Source of the DNA: Callorhinchus milii
Lineage: Eukaryota
Length of the DNA stretch: 64,000 nt
Direction: 5' to 3'
Assembly: GCF_018977255.1 (NCBI RefSeq)
Contig: NW_024704743.1
Span: forward strand, 80,664,001 to 80,728,000
In this document: one piece after another, positions 1 through 13,680 of the stretch
How positions within the stretch are numbered: position 1 is the stretch's first letter
How the letters are laid out: each line of letters begins with the position of its first letter
Made by a program: the position numbers and the translations under genes
The notes under the pieces: generated by a model
The model's database searches: none
What the model saw: the letters and a program-made list of their open reading frames with translations, nothing else
Told to the model about the DNA's origin: nothing

Positions 1-345
1 CTCCTGAATCCCTACTATCCTGTTCGCTCCTCCGCTCAGCGGGCTCCAGCCTGCTTCACATCCCCCGCCTTGCTCGCCCCACTATTGGCGGCTGGGCCTT
101 CCGCCACTCTGCCCCCACCCTCTGGAACTCCATCCCGCAGTCCCTCCGTCTCACCCCCTCCCTTGCCAACTTCAAGACCCACCTCAAGACCCTCTTCTTC
201 GACCGTGCTTTCGATCTCCCTGCTTCCCCCCCGCCCTCCATCCTCCCCCACCCTGACCCCCAGCTCGGGTCCGTAACTCTGTTTGTCCAGCGCCTTGGGA
301 CGTCCTCCCGACGTGAAAGACGCTGTACAAATGTAATTTTGTTCT
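1..345 (+). mobile_element. L2 LINE 3' end
   Basis: RAFRHSAPTLWNSIP-type coding tail followed by the AGCGCCTTGGGACGTCCTCCCGACGTGAAAG stem-loop. Confidence 0.85.
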
Positions 346-827
346 ATATATGGCAAGCAGTTATTAAATTAATGAAAAATCATTAGTGGGGGGAAAAGAA
401 AATAGGGAAAATGTTATTTAATATGGTAAACTTTTGAAAGCTAAGTAGTCTGCAAGGGCTCATTGCATTTGTGGAATGTACATCCTTCTCCCGCTCTCTG
501 TATTTCTAGTTTTGTTTGCACATTTCTGTTTCAGTGAATGCAGATGACATCAAGAGACTGCTTGAGAAACATTACCCAAGAATAAGCAGGATGTAAATGT
601 AAGCCATCAAAAATAGTGCCATTAAACTACATGTACTTGAGAGTTATCTCATACTTGTCTGTCAGCCTGGCTCAGTTAGTAGCACTCTTGCCTCTGAGTC
701 AGATGATTGCGGGTGCAAACCCCATGTCGCAACTTATATATTAATAATCCTTGCACTTTATATTGTGCCTTATCATGTCATTGAGACGTCTCAAAGCACT
801 TCACAGAATATACTGTAAAGTGAATTG

Positions 828-1234
828 ACTCTGCAGCCCGTGTCCTCTCCCGCACCAAACTCCGTGACCCCATCTCCCCCATTCTCGCCTGACTCCATTG
901 GCTCCCTATCCTTCAGAGCCGCTCAGCCGGCTCTGGCCTGCTCCATGTCCCTCGACCGACCCGCCCCTCCATTGGCGGGAGAACCTTCAGCCACTCTGCC
1001 CCCAATCTCTGGAATCCCATCCCCCAATCACTCCGCCTCGTCCCCTCCTTAGCCTCCTTCAAGTCCTGCCTCACGACCCTCCTCTTCGACCATGCCATCG
1101 GCCACCCCCCTTCCCCTCCCCTCCCTTACACCCCCCAACCCCAGCTCGGGTCTGAAATGCTGTACACTATCCAGCGCCTTGGGACATCCTCCCGACGTGA
1201 AAGGCGCTATACAAGTGTAATCTTGTTGTTGTTG
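828..1234 (+). mobile_element. L2 LINE 3' end (internally deleted)
   Basis: Same 3' coding tail, stem-loop and (TTG)n end. Confidence 0.85.
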
Positions 1235-2779
1235 TAGAAATCTCCTATAGGGTTACTCTCTTGAGGTCGGTATTAATGCATATTTTTGGGATGCAGCACA
1301 AAGCCTCTAATCTGTATTACATGGGAAACTACAGGATTTCTAAGGATTCTGATCCCTCAGCTTGATGAACACAAATTTACCCAAGTATATCTACAAAATT
1401 AACAGAAAAATGTGCATTCCATTAAAATAACTAGCAACAGTTCTATCTTTGCCCGAATAAATAGGATTTTACATCCTCCAATCCTCCCTGTTTTATGCCA
1501 ATAATAGTGATTTTATTGCATTTTTACTCAATCAATGTTTTTTACTCAACTTTATCCAAAGTAACTCATGATGGATCACACAAATAGCATGGATTAATTT
1601 TAAAGTTCAACTCGTTGAAGTAATGTAATGAAATGAAGACTAGAAAGGGTTCTATCTGGAATATGTTGTGTGTATATTTTGGAAAGTGAGTTAATTTACA
1701 GGTCAACAAATTGCTATGCTGGAAAATGTAAAGGACTTGGGACAGATGATCCTCCAAGCAATATTGTCGATATGCTTCCCGTAACTGTATCATTCAAAAC
1801 AAATACAAATGTTGCTTTAATCTCTACTGGGTATTTTGTGAATGTGGCAGATAAATTGCACACAGCAATTTCTCAACAAGCAACCATGAAATGAATGAGT
1901 AATTTTGTTTGGGGAATTGTTGGCCTGGATACCAAGAGAAATTCCCTTCCCTTTTCAAATGGAGCCATGAGTTCTTTAATGTCCACCTGGACAGGCAGAC
2001 GGGAACTTAGTTTAACAGGACTGAAGGACCGTAGCATACAATGATGCAGCACACCTCCCGCACCGTATTCGAGTATCGAATTGGCGGTGTGGGTTCCTAG
2101 TCCTGAAGTATTTTCTTTGGGAAATAGTCTCAAAGCTTAAATATCCTTTTCAGTGTTGCACTCTTATGTCTAATCTAATTCAATAAAGCAGAAGCTGGAA
2201 AATTATTTTGCAATATCTAGTATGGTTAACTAGGCTAAACATGTTTCTTGACATAAGGAACTAGTGCTTTATCCCCTATTTTGTAGAAGAGGAAGAACAA
2301 TTAGGACTTTTGATAAGATGACATCATGTAATTTCCACCTGGTAGTACTTCTACCTAACTTCCTGCTCTGCGGGTAGTCATTTGACATTCGAAATGTTTT
2401 TACCAAGCCATAATACTCAACTGTACAGTTCCTTTCTCAACATATGTGGCCACAAAGTCATCTGTATGTGTCTTGTGAATAAAACATTACATTTTGTTCT
2501 TGGTGTTATTTCTCAGCACATGGCTACATTGGGGGAAGTTTCATACACAATAAAGGCTAAGAAAAAAAAATACACTGAAAGCTGGAAACTATACTCTAGT
2601 TTTCCTAAAATCTAGAGGGAACATAGAAACGGTCTTAGCGGAATAAATCTGTGTAAAACAATAATTTTAAAAAACTGCATTCAATGGGTCTACCTCAATG
2701 GGAAAGCTTAATGGCAGTACGGCAAGAAACAATATAGCTCTGAAACTGTTGCTAAATTACATTGGTGTCTGTCTATCAC

Positions 2780-3200
2780 AGAATCATAGAATTTGTAAGA
2801 AGGAGGCCATTTTGTCCATCGTGCCTGTGCCGGCTTTTTAAAAGAGCTGCCAACTAGTCCCACTCCCCCGCTCTTACCCCATAAGCCTACAAATTCTTCT
2901 TTTTTAAGTACCTATCTAATTTCCTTTTGAGACCTACCATCGAATATGCTTCCACCATCCTTTCAGGCAACGCCTTCCAGACCGTAAAAACTCTGGGTAA
3001 AACAATTTCTCCTCTTCTCTCTGGTTCTTTTGTCAATTATTTTAAATCTGTGTCCTCTGGTGATCGACTTACCCGCCAGAGGAAACAGTTTCTCCCTATC
3101 TACTCTATCAAAACCCTTCATAATTTTGAACACCTCTGTTAAATCTCCCCTCAACCTTCTGTGCTCTAAAGAGAATAATCCTAGCCTCTCTCGTCTCTCC
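2780..3200 (-). mobile_element. CR1 LINE 3' end
   Basis: ERLGLFSLEHRRLRGDLTEVFKIMKGFDRVDREKLFP...TRGH motif followed by a CR1-type 3' UTR. Confidence 0.85.
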
Positions 3201-3204
3201 ACAT

Positions 3205-3980
3205 ACAACAACAAAATTACATTTGTAAAGCGCTTTCATGTCAGAAGGACATCCCAATGCGCTGAACAGTCGGGAATCAGGACCCGAGCGTAGGGAGCAG
3301 CATTGGGATGCGGGAGGGCAGAAAAATAGGAGAGCGGCTGAAAGCTCGGCCGCCGATGGTAGGGCTGGTCGGGCGGGAGACATGGAGCAGACTGGAGCCT
3401 GCTGAACAGAGGGAGCGGACAGGTTGTTGGGGGTCAGCAGGTCAGAGAGGTAAGAGGGAGCAAGGCCGTGGAGAGCCTTGAAAGTGAGGATAAGGATTTT
3501 GAATTCTATCCTCTCAGGGATGAAGAGTCAGTGTGGGAGAGGGTGGAGGTGATGGGGTCACCGAGCCTGGTGCGGGAGAGGACAACGAGCTGCAGAGTTC
3601 TGGATGATCTGCGGCTTGTGGAGGGAAGAGTTGGGGAGGCCGACAAGGAGGGAGTTTCCATAGTTGAGCTTTGAGGTGCCGAACGCGTGTATGAGGGATT
3701 TGGCGGCTTGAGCGGTGAGGCAGTGGCGGAGTTGGGCAATGTTGCAGAGGTGGAGGAAGGCAGAGCAGGTCATAGCACAAATATGGGGGAGAAAGGACAG
3801 TTGAGGGTCGAACAAGATGCCCAGGTTCCTGACTGGCTTGGTGAGGTGGAGTGTACATCCGTGGATGTGTAAAGTGCGGAGGCGCTGGCGCAAGCCAGTC
3901 AGGAGAGCCTCGGTCTTGCAGATAATTCAGCTGTAGAAAGTTATAGAACGTTGGATCTCATCCAGGACTTGATATCTGAC
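3205..3980 (-). mobile_element. L2 LINE 3' fragment
   Basis: ORF 3558-3893 (VRNLGILFDPQLSF...QIIQNSAAR) and the 3' tail. Confidence 0.85.
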
Positions 3981-3984
3981 ATAA

Positions 3985-4610
3985 TTATAGACCTTCATCT
4001 CTGGTATTATTCTTGTAAACCTCCTCTGTACCCTCTCCAAGCCCTGACACGCTTCTTAAAATGTGGTGCCCAGAATACTCCAGCTGAGGCCCAACCAGTA
4101 ATTTGTAAAAGTTGAACATAACTTTATTGCTCTGATACATTATGTCTCTATTTATAAAGCCAAGCATCCCATATACTATTTTAACTGCTTTGTCAACTTG
4201 TCCTACCACCTTCAAAGATCTGTGTATGTGAACACCCCCGGTTCCTCATTCCTTATCCCAAAATGCATCACCTCACACTTCTCTGCAATAAGTTCTATCT
4301 GCCACGTGTCTGCCCATTTCACCAGCTTGTCTATGTCCTCCTGCAGTCCGCTACCATCCGCCTAACTGTTTACTACATTTCCAAGTTTTGTGTGAACATT
4401 TTGCTCTCTATACCCAAGTCCAGGTCATTAATATACATTAAAAAGAGCAGCGATCCTAATACTGACCCTTGGGGGACACCACTGTATACCTCCAGTCTGA
4501 AAAACAACCGTTCACCACCCTCTGCTTTCCGTCTCCCAGACAGTTTCAGGTCCATGTTGCTACTGTTCCCTTCACCCGTGGGCTTCAATTTTGCTAACAA
4601 GTCTATTATC
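3985..4610 (-). mobile_element. CR1 LINE RT fragment
   Basis: [22 protein letters not shown] and YGMLGFINR...LVGPQLEY motifs. Confidence 0.85.
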
Positions 4611-7600
4611 TTCCCATTCAATTCCTGTTATACCCTGCAAGCCAAAGCCCTAATGGGTAGGATGACCCTAGCTGGATAAGTAGCAGGAAAGCTTGCCATA
4701 CAGCTATATCAATGGCAAGCTATGTGGACTTAGCTGGTTAGAATTTTAGCTGTAAGCAATTGGCTGATGCGTTTCTCCCACAAAACACGCAGTCACTCTA
4801 CAGTATATTCTGTAAAGTGCTTTGAAACGTCTTGAAGACGTGAAAAGGCGCTATATCAAATCTAGGATTACTATTATTATGTGGCACTTTACTAAACCAT
4901 GGTAGCGAATTTGCTGCAGAATGTCCTGTATTTTGCAATGAGAACTTTCAAAATTGGGTTACATTTAATTTCAATAAAAACTATTAAACGCAAACCATAA
5001 CAAATTTATTGTGCTCTTCATTGAATTACCAACACCGCCTTGCAAGACAATTACTATTCAATTCTCCTTTAAGGAGTCTAGTAGTTTTAAAAATATAATT
5101 TATTATGTTGCAAAAGTGTGCATTATATTTCCATCAAAGATCATCGTTATTCCAGGCACAATTGAACAGTGCCAGACTATGTGATGCTGTGGACAATCAA
5201 TTTGAAAGCCAAGAATGAGTGAAGATTCAAAATTGTAGTTAAAAGAAATTTACACACCAAATTTACAAATATTTACACAAGATACATTTTCTCTTTGTAG
5301 CAAAAAGAAATGCTACCTCATAAACTATGTTTGATCATGAGAAGGGTAAAACTGACAGATTAATCTAAGTGCTCCTTTGAAGTGAAATATTCAGGTGCCA
5401 TAAAATTTCATATAAAATGAATTTTGTTTGTTTAAACTGGTGAAGGAAACAATATGACGCACCAAGTCATTCAACACTCATCAAACCTAACCGGCAGGTA
5501 ACCGGGGTTACAGCGGCTAGTTGTTCATAACAGAGACTTTTATTATCTCATTAAATCCAGACGAAGCAACTACGAAAGCAAATTGTTTGTTACACGCAAT
5601 AACCTCTTTTAAAGACAATGGCAGTTCTGCTAATGTCCAATTTAAATATATCCAATCCTCAAATTGAGGTTTGTATGAACTTAAAACGTGATTACGTTTA
5701 CAATACTCACAATTCAAAGCAAAGCCAAACATATTTTATAATTAGGGTTGCTGGTTTTCTATTCTTATTATTTGAATTATTCGATAGGACAATATCAACC
5801 TTTATTTTACTTTCATGTTTTTTTACATTTTTAGCGATCTTTTCCACGACAAAAACCTCTGGCTTCTGGATCATAAAGTCACCAAAGACACTACTTCCTG
5901 TGTGCTGTGTGTTATGGCATAGAACGTGTCGTTGGCGTCACTTTCTGAGTGCAGGAATTGAAATGTGTGACAAACGTGCAGCCCAGAAGTCAGCCATTTT
6001 TGCAGTTCAAAACAATAACTTGTTTTTAAAAAATGGTATTCATTTTCTTTGACTTGGAGAGAATTAGAAGACTGAGCGAATAACAATTTTTACCGATTAA
6101 ACTTGGAAAGTGGCAATCTGAGTTACAATAGATGGGATTTTCAATCATCTGATTGCTGTCTAAGAAATCAATTCAGCTCTGCTCTTCCAGCTTGTACAGT
6201 GTAGCCTTTGGATGATGATTCCTAGTGACCATAATGAACTATCTACCCGGTTGAAAAATTAGGACTCCATAGTAGTTACCCCGAATACAATACTGTACTT
6301 GGAACATTTCTAATCAAGTCATATGGCTCTATGTTCTTACAGGCATCAACAGTGGCTACAAATTAAGATATCTAGCACCCAATTTGCCTATGTGGTTACG
6401 GTTGAGAAATAATGATAATCTGCAGGATGAGCAGCAAATGGCTCTGTGCTACCAAGAACCAAAGTTAAAAAACAAAGAAGTGAATACATTGGCTTGTTAA
6501 ACCACTTACTTATTTAACAGACTAAAATAATCCAAGTTTTTGAACAACTGATTGCTATTATTCCAAGATATTATTATGTTCAATGTCTGGACACAAGTAC
6601 ACATTCACAGTGCAGAAAAGTGTGCACAAGCTCATGAGTATAATAATATTTTATTTTCTACATACTTTAGAATAAAAAATATTTACATAAATAATACACG
6701 GTAAGCTATTTAAAAGAAGTGTTTAATCTTTGGTTACAAGTGATTTAGCTGAAAACGTTTATATGAAACATAACACGCAGAATCATGCAACTTATTTTAC
6801 TCCACTAAATATATGAATCAGAGAATAATGATATAGAGAAAGTCCATTAAAATACAAATTACATCAGGAACATGTTTTGAGATCATTAGCTATCATGTTA
6901 AAAATAAGTTTGTGGTGATGTTTTTTTTTATACGTCACTGTCTGTCCAGCTAGAACCAATTTACGGCTTTAACTCGTATTGATGAGTCAGGTTGAGGGGT
7001 CTGTCATCAACAGTGCCTTGAAGTACTGCAAACTATCCGAGCTCAGGACCGTACCACTGAGCCAGCCACAGAGGATTCACTCAATTCTGCTAATTAATTG
7101 CAAGGTATGTCACCTGGATTCAGCTAAAAGTGACCCCACTTAACTCCCACTAGGAGGGAAATTACTCCATCAGTTGTGGAGTAATTTGGTTTTTTCTATC
7201 ATAATACTGAAACAAACTTTCAAAATGAATAATGCAGTGCTGATTCTTTAAGAAATAAGAACAGAATAATATCTACACTCCAAACATTTTTTTGACCAGG
7301 CTAATTTAGTTCTGAGTTGCTGAAGCAATTTTTAAAAATGATTCAGCGCAAATATATATTCCTGTGCGTATGTGTCATTGCCTTATTTTATTCTCATCTT
7401 ACATTTTCATCTAAAGCTTAACATACATCGAACAAATTATTCTCCAATAGCAACATCTGAATGACAAATAACATCATTCATCATTATGCCAAATATAGTA
7501 ATCATTGAAAGCAATGTATCTCTGCATCACCAGCTGTTAAACAGTATGACAATATGTGTCATCCAGATAATGAATGCAACTAAAAGTTCTGCAGCACACC

Positions 7601-8462
7601 CTTTATCTACTATTGCCATTGAAGTAATTATTGTACACCGCACCCACTTCAGTCATCTAATTATAGCAAGCAATTGCAAAAGTATTTTCCCACACAAAGA
7701 TGTTCGGCAAAGTACTAAATGTGAAATGATTTAACACATTACCAACTGGGTGAGCTAGCTGCTACAAGAATGACCTTTAAGTCCTTTCAAATACATTTCA
7801 AAGCAGAATATTGAGCCAGTCTTTCGTAAATGCCGAAGACAAGATTCCACAAGTGCAAAACAGGATAAATCCTTATAGTAAATTTTAATGAAAACAATTC
7901 AGCTGAAGGTTTAAAGAATCCTATGAAATGGTTTGTGCTGAATGCATGTACCAGAACTTATTGAAGTTAACATTTAAGGTTAAAATATTTGCAATGAACC
8001 AAGGCCAGTTATGCTTTAGAAGGCAATAAGTCGAATTGGGTAAGACTTCTTCAAACAGGTCTTTGAGACAGACATCAACAACGTTCACAGCACAGATTTC
8101 TCCATAGTCCTCTATGAGATTTTCTTTTCATTGGGAATTTGGATTAGAGCTAACACCATTGTATGCTTGACTGCCAAATCGTCTCCTCCTATATGGTAAT
8201 TTCTATGATTCATTTCCCACAACAAGTCTTGTTTGTTGTTTAATTTTGATGCCAAATATTATTTAAGCCAATGCATAAAGGGTGTATGTGAATAAATAGC
8301 AGAATACCTCATTCACGAAAGACAGACTGAAGTCCTGAGGGAAGGATTGTATGAAAGCTGCTATGTAAAAAATAAATGAATTTGAAGATTTACTTCTAGA
8401 ATGAATACACTATCCTTCATCCTTGTAAAAAGAACCATTCTCTTTAAGTAGCTCTTCACCAT

Positions 8463-8842
8463 TGCAGCGTGGCTCAGTTGGCAGTACTGTACTCTCAATT
8501 CCCAGTCAGAAGGTTACGAGTTCAAGCCCCACCTCATCGATGCTGAGAGTGTGCTGCTTTGTTCGGGGACCAACCCTTCGGATGCGGATGCGGATGTTAA
8601 AGATCCCATGGCACTATTCAAAGAGTAGGGAGATTCTCCCTGTGTCCTGGCCATCAATACCCCAAATAAAAGTATTGGTCATTCACTTCATGGCTATCTG
8701 TGGGACACTGGTTTGCGCAAATATGCTGCCGCATTTGCCCAGAAAACACAGTCACTCCATTTTATATTATATCCTGTGAAGTGCTTTGGGACACCACCCT
8801 GACATAAAAAGTGCTACAACAAACAAGCATTATTATTATTAT
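8463..8842 (+). mobile_element. Older tRNA-headed Deu-domain SINE
   Basis: A box TGGCTCAGTTGG, B box GTTCAAGCCC, Deu-like TGTGGGACACTGGTTTGCGCAAATATGCTGCCGC, and an L2-type tail ending in (TTA)n. Confidence 0.75.
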
Positions 8843-11800
8843 TGAAACCCATATGGCTCAGTGAACATGCAAGAATTACTCCAAATTGTGGCTGTGGCTT
8901 TTCTTGATGATTTGTCGTCATCTATGCTTCGGAAGCTCTTCAACTAACTGACGGGGTACAATAACTATTTTTGATATAAATTTATTTTGCCAAAGGGCTT
9001 GTCTGATTGAAGATTATTAAACAACTTCACTTCAGCAGATTATTAAACAGCTGCCCCAATTTGGTGATAAATGCACAGCCAAATGTCCTCTAAACTTTGT
9101 AAGGCACACATCTGCTGCATCATAAAACTATCCCTGAAGACATGCAAAGATTATTTGAATGTTAGAGAAAATCTTGTGTTTATGTGTCATTTTTTGCTGA
9201 GTGGTATACGCGTTTTATCTGTTCATTGGTGAGAATATATCTGGGGGTTGGCCTAAGGACTAAATGGTCAGAATGATTTTAAAGCACATCAAAATACAAA
9301 CTGTGGCTTCAGCTCTTAGAATGAAAGATTATTGATTAGTCCAGTGACACGATATATAATCTATGGGTTTTATAGGCAAATCAGCCAAAACAAGAGGGTG
9401 TTGCTATTATACCATACTGTATATTATACAATATTAGATTTGTCACCTAGAAATTACAATGTTAGTCATAAATTTTGCACAAACGTTCAATTTAGAAGCT
9501 ATAAGTTGAGCCTCACTAAAGGCCTCACTAAAGCCTCACTGAGCCTCATCCAAAATCACTAAAGATCAAGTATTAATTCTATATAAATGCAATGCAACAA
9601 CAAAGATGATCAGATTTATTAGCTCAGATACCGTTCTGATTTCAACCATTCATTTTTCTTTCTTCAAAAGATTAATACCTGCACTATTTTTCCATGAACC
9701 CCCTCTTTTGTTGTTTATAATTGAGATTATACTATCATTTATTGTACAGTGTTTAAAAACGTTATATAAAATAGAGTGCCGCAGAATCACACTGTGCTCA
9801 ATGTGGTCTGAGTGCATAGCTAATTATAATTAAGAACAGTACTGTAGTTCTGCCCTCAAGGCATCATCAAAAGCTTAAAAATATCAAGTCACCTAGTTCA
9901 TTATTATTTTTGAGGAAGGATGTCTTCTGAATACCAATTTATAACATAATTGAGGAAGGGGCTGAAATCCCTCTGAGATTTCCACCAGATTAGAGTAGCT
10001 AATTTTTCAGGATCTTAGTTCTTGAAGAGGTTTAGAGGGATTTATTGGGGCCATACAGCATTAAAGTAAACTTAATCAGGTCACGCTGTATCAAAACTGA
10101 CTTACTCCAGTATCTTACACAAAAAAGCTCATTTTGCAAAATCCATGATTACAACACAATCCTTACAAATGGCTTTCTTCCAAGTAAAGTTCTGGGTTAC
10201 ATTGATCAATTTCCATTGCATGGGTTACGAAACAGCACACCTGTCACGAGCATAATGCAACAAAATTAAATTACTCATCTCACATTCAAACTGAAATCAT
10301 GACGGAATTGTGACGGACAAACACGCACAAGCCTGCACAAACTGCTGGCTTTCTCATATTACCGTCAAATCTTTCCTAGCCTTTCAAGCAGTGCTGATCA
10401 TGTTTTGTATCAAAGAATACAGGATACAATACTCCTTGTCACATGTGTAGGTAATGTTTAATCTGCATTTGTCCTACTCCAGAACTTTCAGTTTTTGGTT
10501 TCAGCTGGTACAATTTACTAATTGGCAGGCAAGTTTGAGCATATTCTGCCAACAAAACACATCACACATCAATGACTAATTTACAATAGCAAACATTCTA
10601 CAGTATAAACTATAGAACTGGGTCCTAGCTTATGTAGCTACACTGAACAGTAGGTTTCTACCCTTGCTTAGTACCGGCTACATTCTTAAATTTTGGAAAC
10701 TCTTCCTCTTTCCACCCCAACTCGCTGGAATGTTAGTTCAGAGATACAATAGTGGAATTCAAGCTCTGGTTTATCTTCTTTCAAGTCAGTAATGTAGAAC
10801 TTTTACATTTGACCCATGGTGTCTGTGCGACCGGTATTAAATCTGAAAAGATGTTTGACACTCATTATAAAAAGTTTAAAAGTTGAGAATTAAAAAAAAA
10901 TATGCCAATGACTACGTCATCTACTGTATAACTGGTATTTTTCATGTCCCATTTCATTTCACTGCGTTCACTACTGGAAGTTTTGTGCAAAATTAATGGG
11001 CCACAAGATATAAATGCAATCTTCCAGATAAATTAGTCATTCAATTCAAGGCTCTCTTTGTGGGATCTTGCTGTGCACAGTTGACTGCCATTTGCTGTTA
11101 AATTAGAAAATCCCTCTTAATTTGCAAAGTATGTGCAAGTATTCATAACTACTATGCCTATGATGTACTTATAAAACCTAAGGACAGCAGATTTCAACCT
11201 TCAAAGTACAGAACCTTAAGTAATCTGTCCTATGTTTTGTGTCATAATATGATTCACTTTAGAATGAAGAACTGAATGCACATGGGTGCTTTTAACTAAT
11301 CTTGTTACAAAAGAGGATTTAGAAGAACTAAATGTAATCATGAGTTCCTAGAAAAAATTCTATGGCACAGTAAACACAATGCCTGCCAAATCATTCAGTG
11401 TGCACAACTTCAATATTACTTGCAGTAAATGACTCATACTGAGTCACAGTGCTATTTTCTGGCACTTATACTGCTGGCAGGGATCAAAGTTAATATTCAA
11501 CTCACAATTTGTAAAAAAAATTGTTTCCATGACACTTAACAAAATTTCAGCAGGCTGCTAACACTATATACCTGCGGCAATCTCTGGTAGGAATAAGGCT
11601 ACTATTAGTGCAACATTCCTATTCAGCAGTGGTCAGACGCCAGAGTAACTCAAGGTTAATGGTTACCAGAACTGTCACCTTGCTGACATATCATGAAAAA
11701 TATATCAAAAGCACCCCAAGGTACACACAGTCTAGTATGTGACCAACAGTCATAGAGAGAGTAGTTTACAGCTTTTACTTTTCTGTGCCATCCAGAGCTC

Positions 11801-13352
11801 AATGAGTCAACACATGGCAAGCAAAAAACCCACAGAGACTGGCACATTCAAATAAAATATTTAGAAAACAGTTGAACAAAGTAGATCCACACCTTGCAGG
11901 CACTTCTGTTATCCAGACGACCCAATATTAATTATTAATAAGCATATTTTATACATTTGACATGTAACATACAACTTAATACAGAATTTGCACAATTAAT
12001 GGATCTTTGAAACTGTAATGTAATGTCTCAAAAAGTTTCACTTTAAAATGCAAGGATTATTAGTTATTGTCAAATTTTGTGACAATTTTCTGCAGATAAA
12101 CATGGCAGGTATTTTGTACACCACAAAGCGCTACAGACAGCAATGAAGGCAAGACAAAATAATCTGGATAATTGTTGGTCTGGATACTAGGAAAAACATA
12201 TTTGAGAATATAGGTACTCTGAATAGTGCCTTAGATTCTTTAATGTGTACCAGAGGAACAAACTGTTTTGACCTTAATTTGTCTCATTTGAAGGTCAGCT
12301 TTTCTGGCAATGCTGCACTTCCCACCACTGTAAAGGAGTTGTCAAGTCTTTTCTATGATGTAGGGCTGAGCTCACAACCAGTGAAAATAATGTCTCAACA
12401 CCCCACGAGCAGCTTTATGGAGTTTGAGGTAATTAAATATGTCATTAATAATTTTATGTTTTTTTAAAGGTAATCAATAATTCATACTGGTGGATGTGAT
12501 AGGAATATTGATCCTTGGTTTTGAGGTTGCAATGTAGCAATAAATGCAAGACAGATTTCACCGTAATTGCAAATCTAAATACGATATTTGGAAATGTTTC
12601 TAATCCTTGTGGAATGTACACATTGGTATCACTTCACAAGCTTTGTGATGTCAACCTGCAAGATTATATTCCTCTGCAAGATATTTTCCTTCGCAAGATA
12701 CCAAGTTATGTGCTATCCTTGCACACACATTAAAATACTGACTTAATACAGTCATAGGTAGATTGGCAGAACACAAACATTACTCACAATAAATGTCGTT
12801 CTTACCACAACTGTTAAATCCAAACCTTTTCTTCAACATGATGATAACATCAGTAGCATTTGGCTGCAGACTCTGAATAGTGTTAATTGCTCTGAAGTAA
12901 ATTGCCATAAAATAAAGCAAGTAACAAGATTTTGCCCTTTAAGAAATCTCATCAAACTAATAACTTAAGGCAATTAATAAGGACATTCTGGCATATATTA
13001 TCTTGATCTTTAGAAAGTAACATTTAATTAGGTATGAAGACTTTACAAAAAAAAATTGGCCTCTGGCATCTTAAGCATTTTTTGATGTTAAGAAAAGAGA
13101 ACATCACCTAGCTCCAGCTGATAAATATATTGTAGAAATGTTTCCTAAAGTCCTTGGAGGAGGATTTTATTGGTGAATCGAACATCATTTTCTTTAGGTA
13201 TTGCTCTAAGCTTCAAAAATAATTATCTAAATATATAATGGCTAAGGGATAGCAGCTCTGTCTTTCCTCTGCTTTTATTAAAATATCTGTTAATCAGGTA
13301 AGATAAGTCCTGTACAGATGTGAAACTCATGACACAATCATGACTCAATTAT

Positions 13353-13680
13353 GATAATCCTTACATTTGATATAGCGCCTTTCAGATCATGAGGACATCC
13401 CAAAAAGCGTCACAGGATATATTGTGACAATGCATTTGTGGGAAACATGGCAGCCAACCTGTGCACAGCAATACCCCACAAACAGCCATGAAGTGAATGA
13501 TCCATTTTATTTGGGGGCGGGGGTTTTGTCAGCCAGGACACCAGGAGAAACTCCCTTCTCTTACAGTGCCAATAGCTTTAACATCCACCTGAATAGGCAG
13601 ACTCAGATTTAACATTTCATTCGAAGAACAGTACCTCTGTCAACACAAGCCCCCCTCCAGTACTAACTGGAATTTTTCAC
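13353..13680 (-). mobile_element. Older Deu-domain SINE
   Basis: Reverse-strand Deu core (GGCAGCCAACCTGTGCACAGCAA...CCCACAAACAGC) and tail. Related old copies at about 1840-2070, 4755-4880, 23550-23860, 39050-39215, 45264-45450, 50640-50824, 54707-55030 and 61517-61720. Confidence 0.75.

Noticed and set aside
5517..6086. Overlapping ORFs as further NSMCE2 or other exons
   Set aside because: No similarity to the expected next NSMCE2 exon or SP-RING, and no convincing splice-site pair.
9508..9548. Short GCCTCACT-based direct repeats as a CRISPR-like array
   Set aside because: Simple tandem slippage with no spacers in a vertebrate context.
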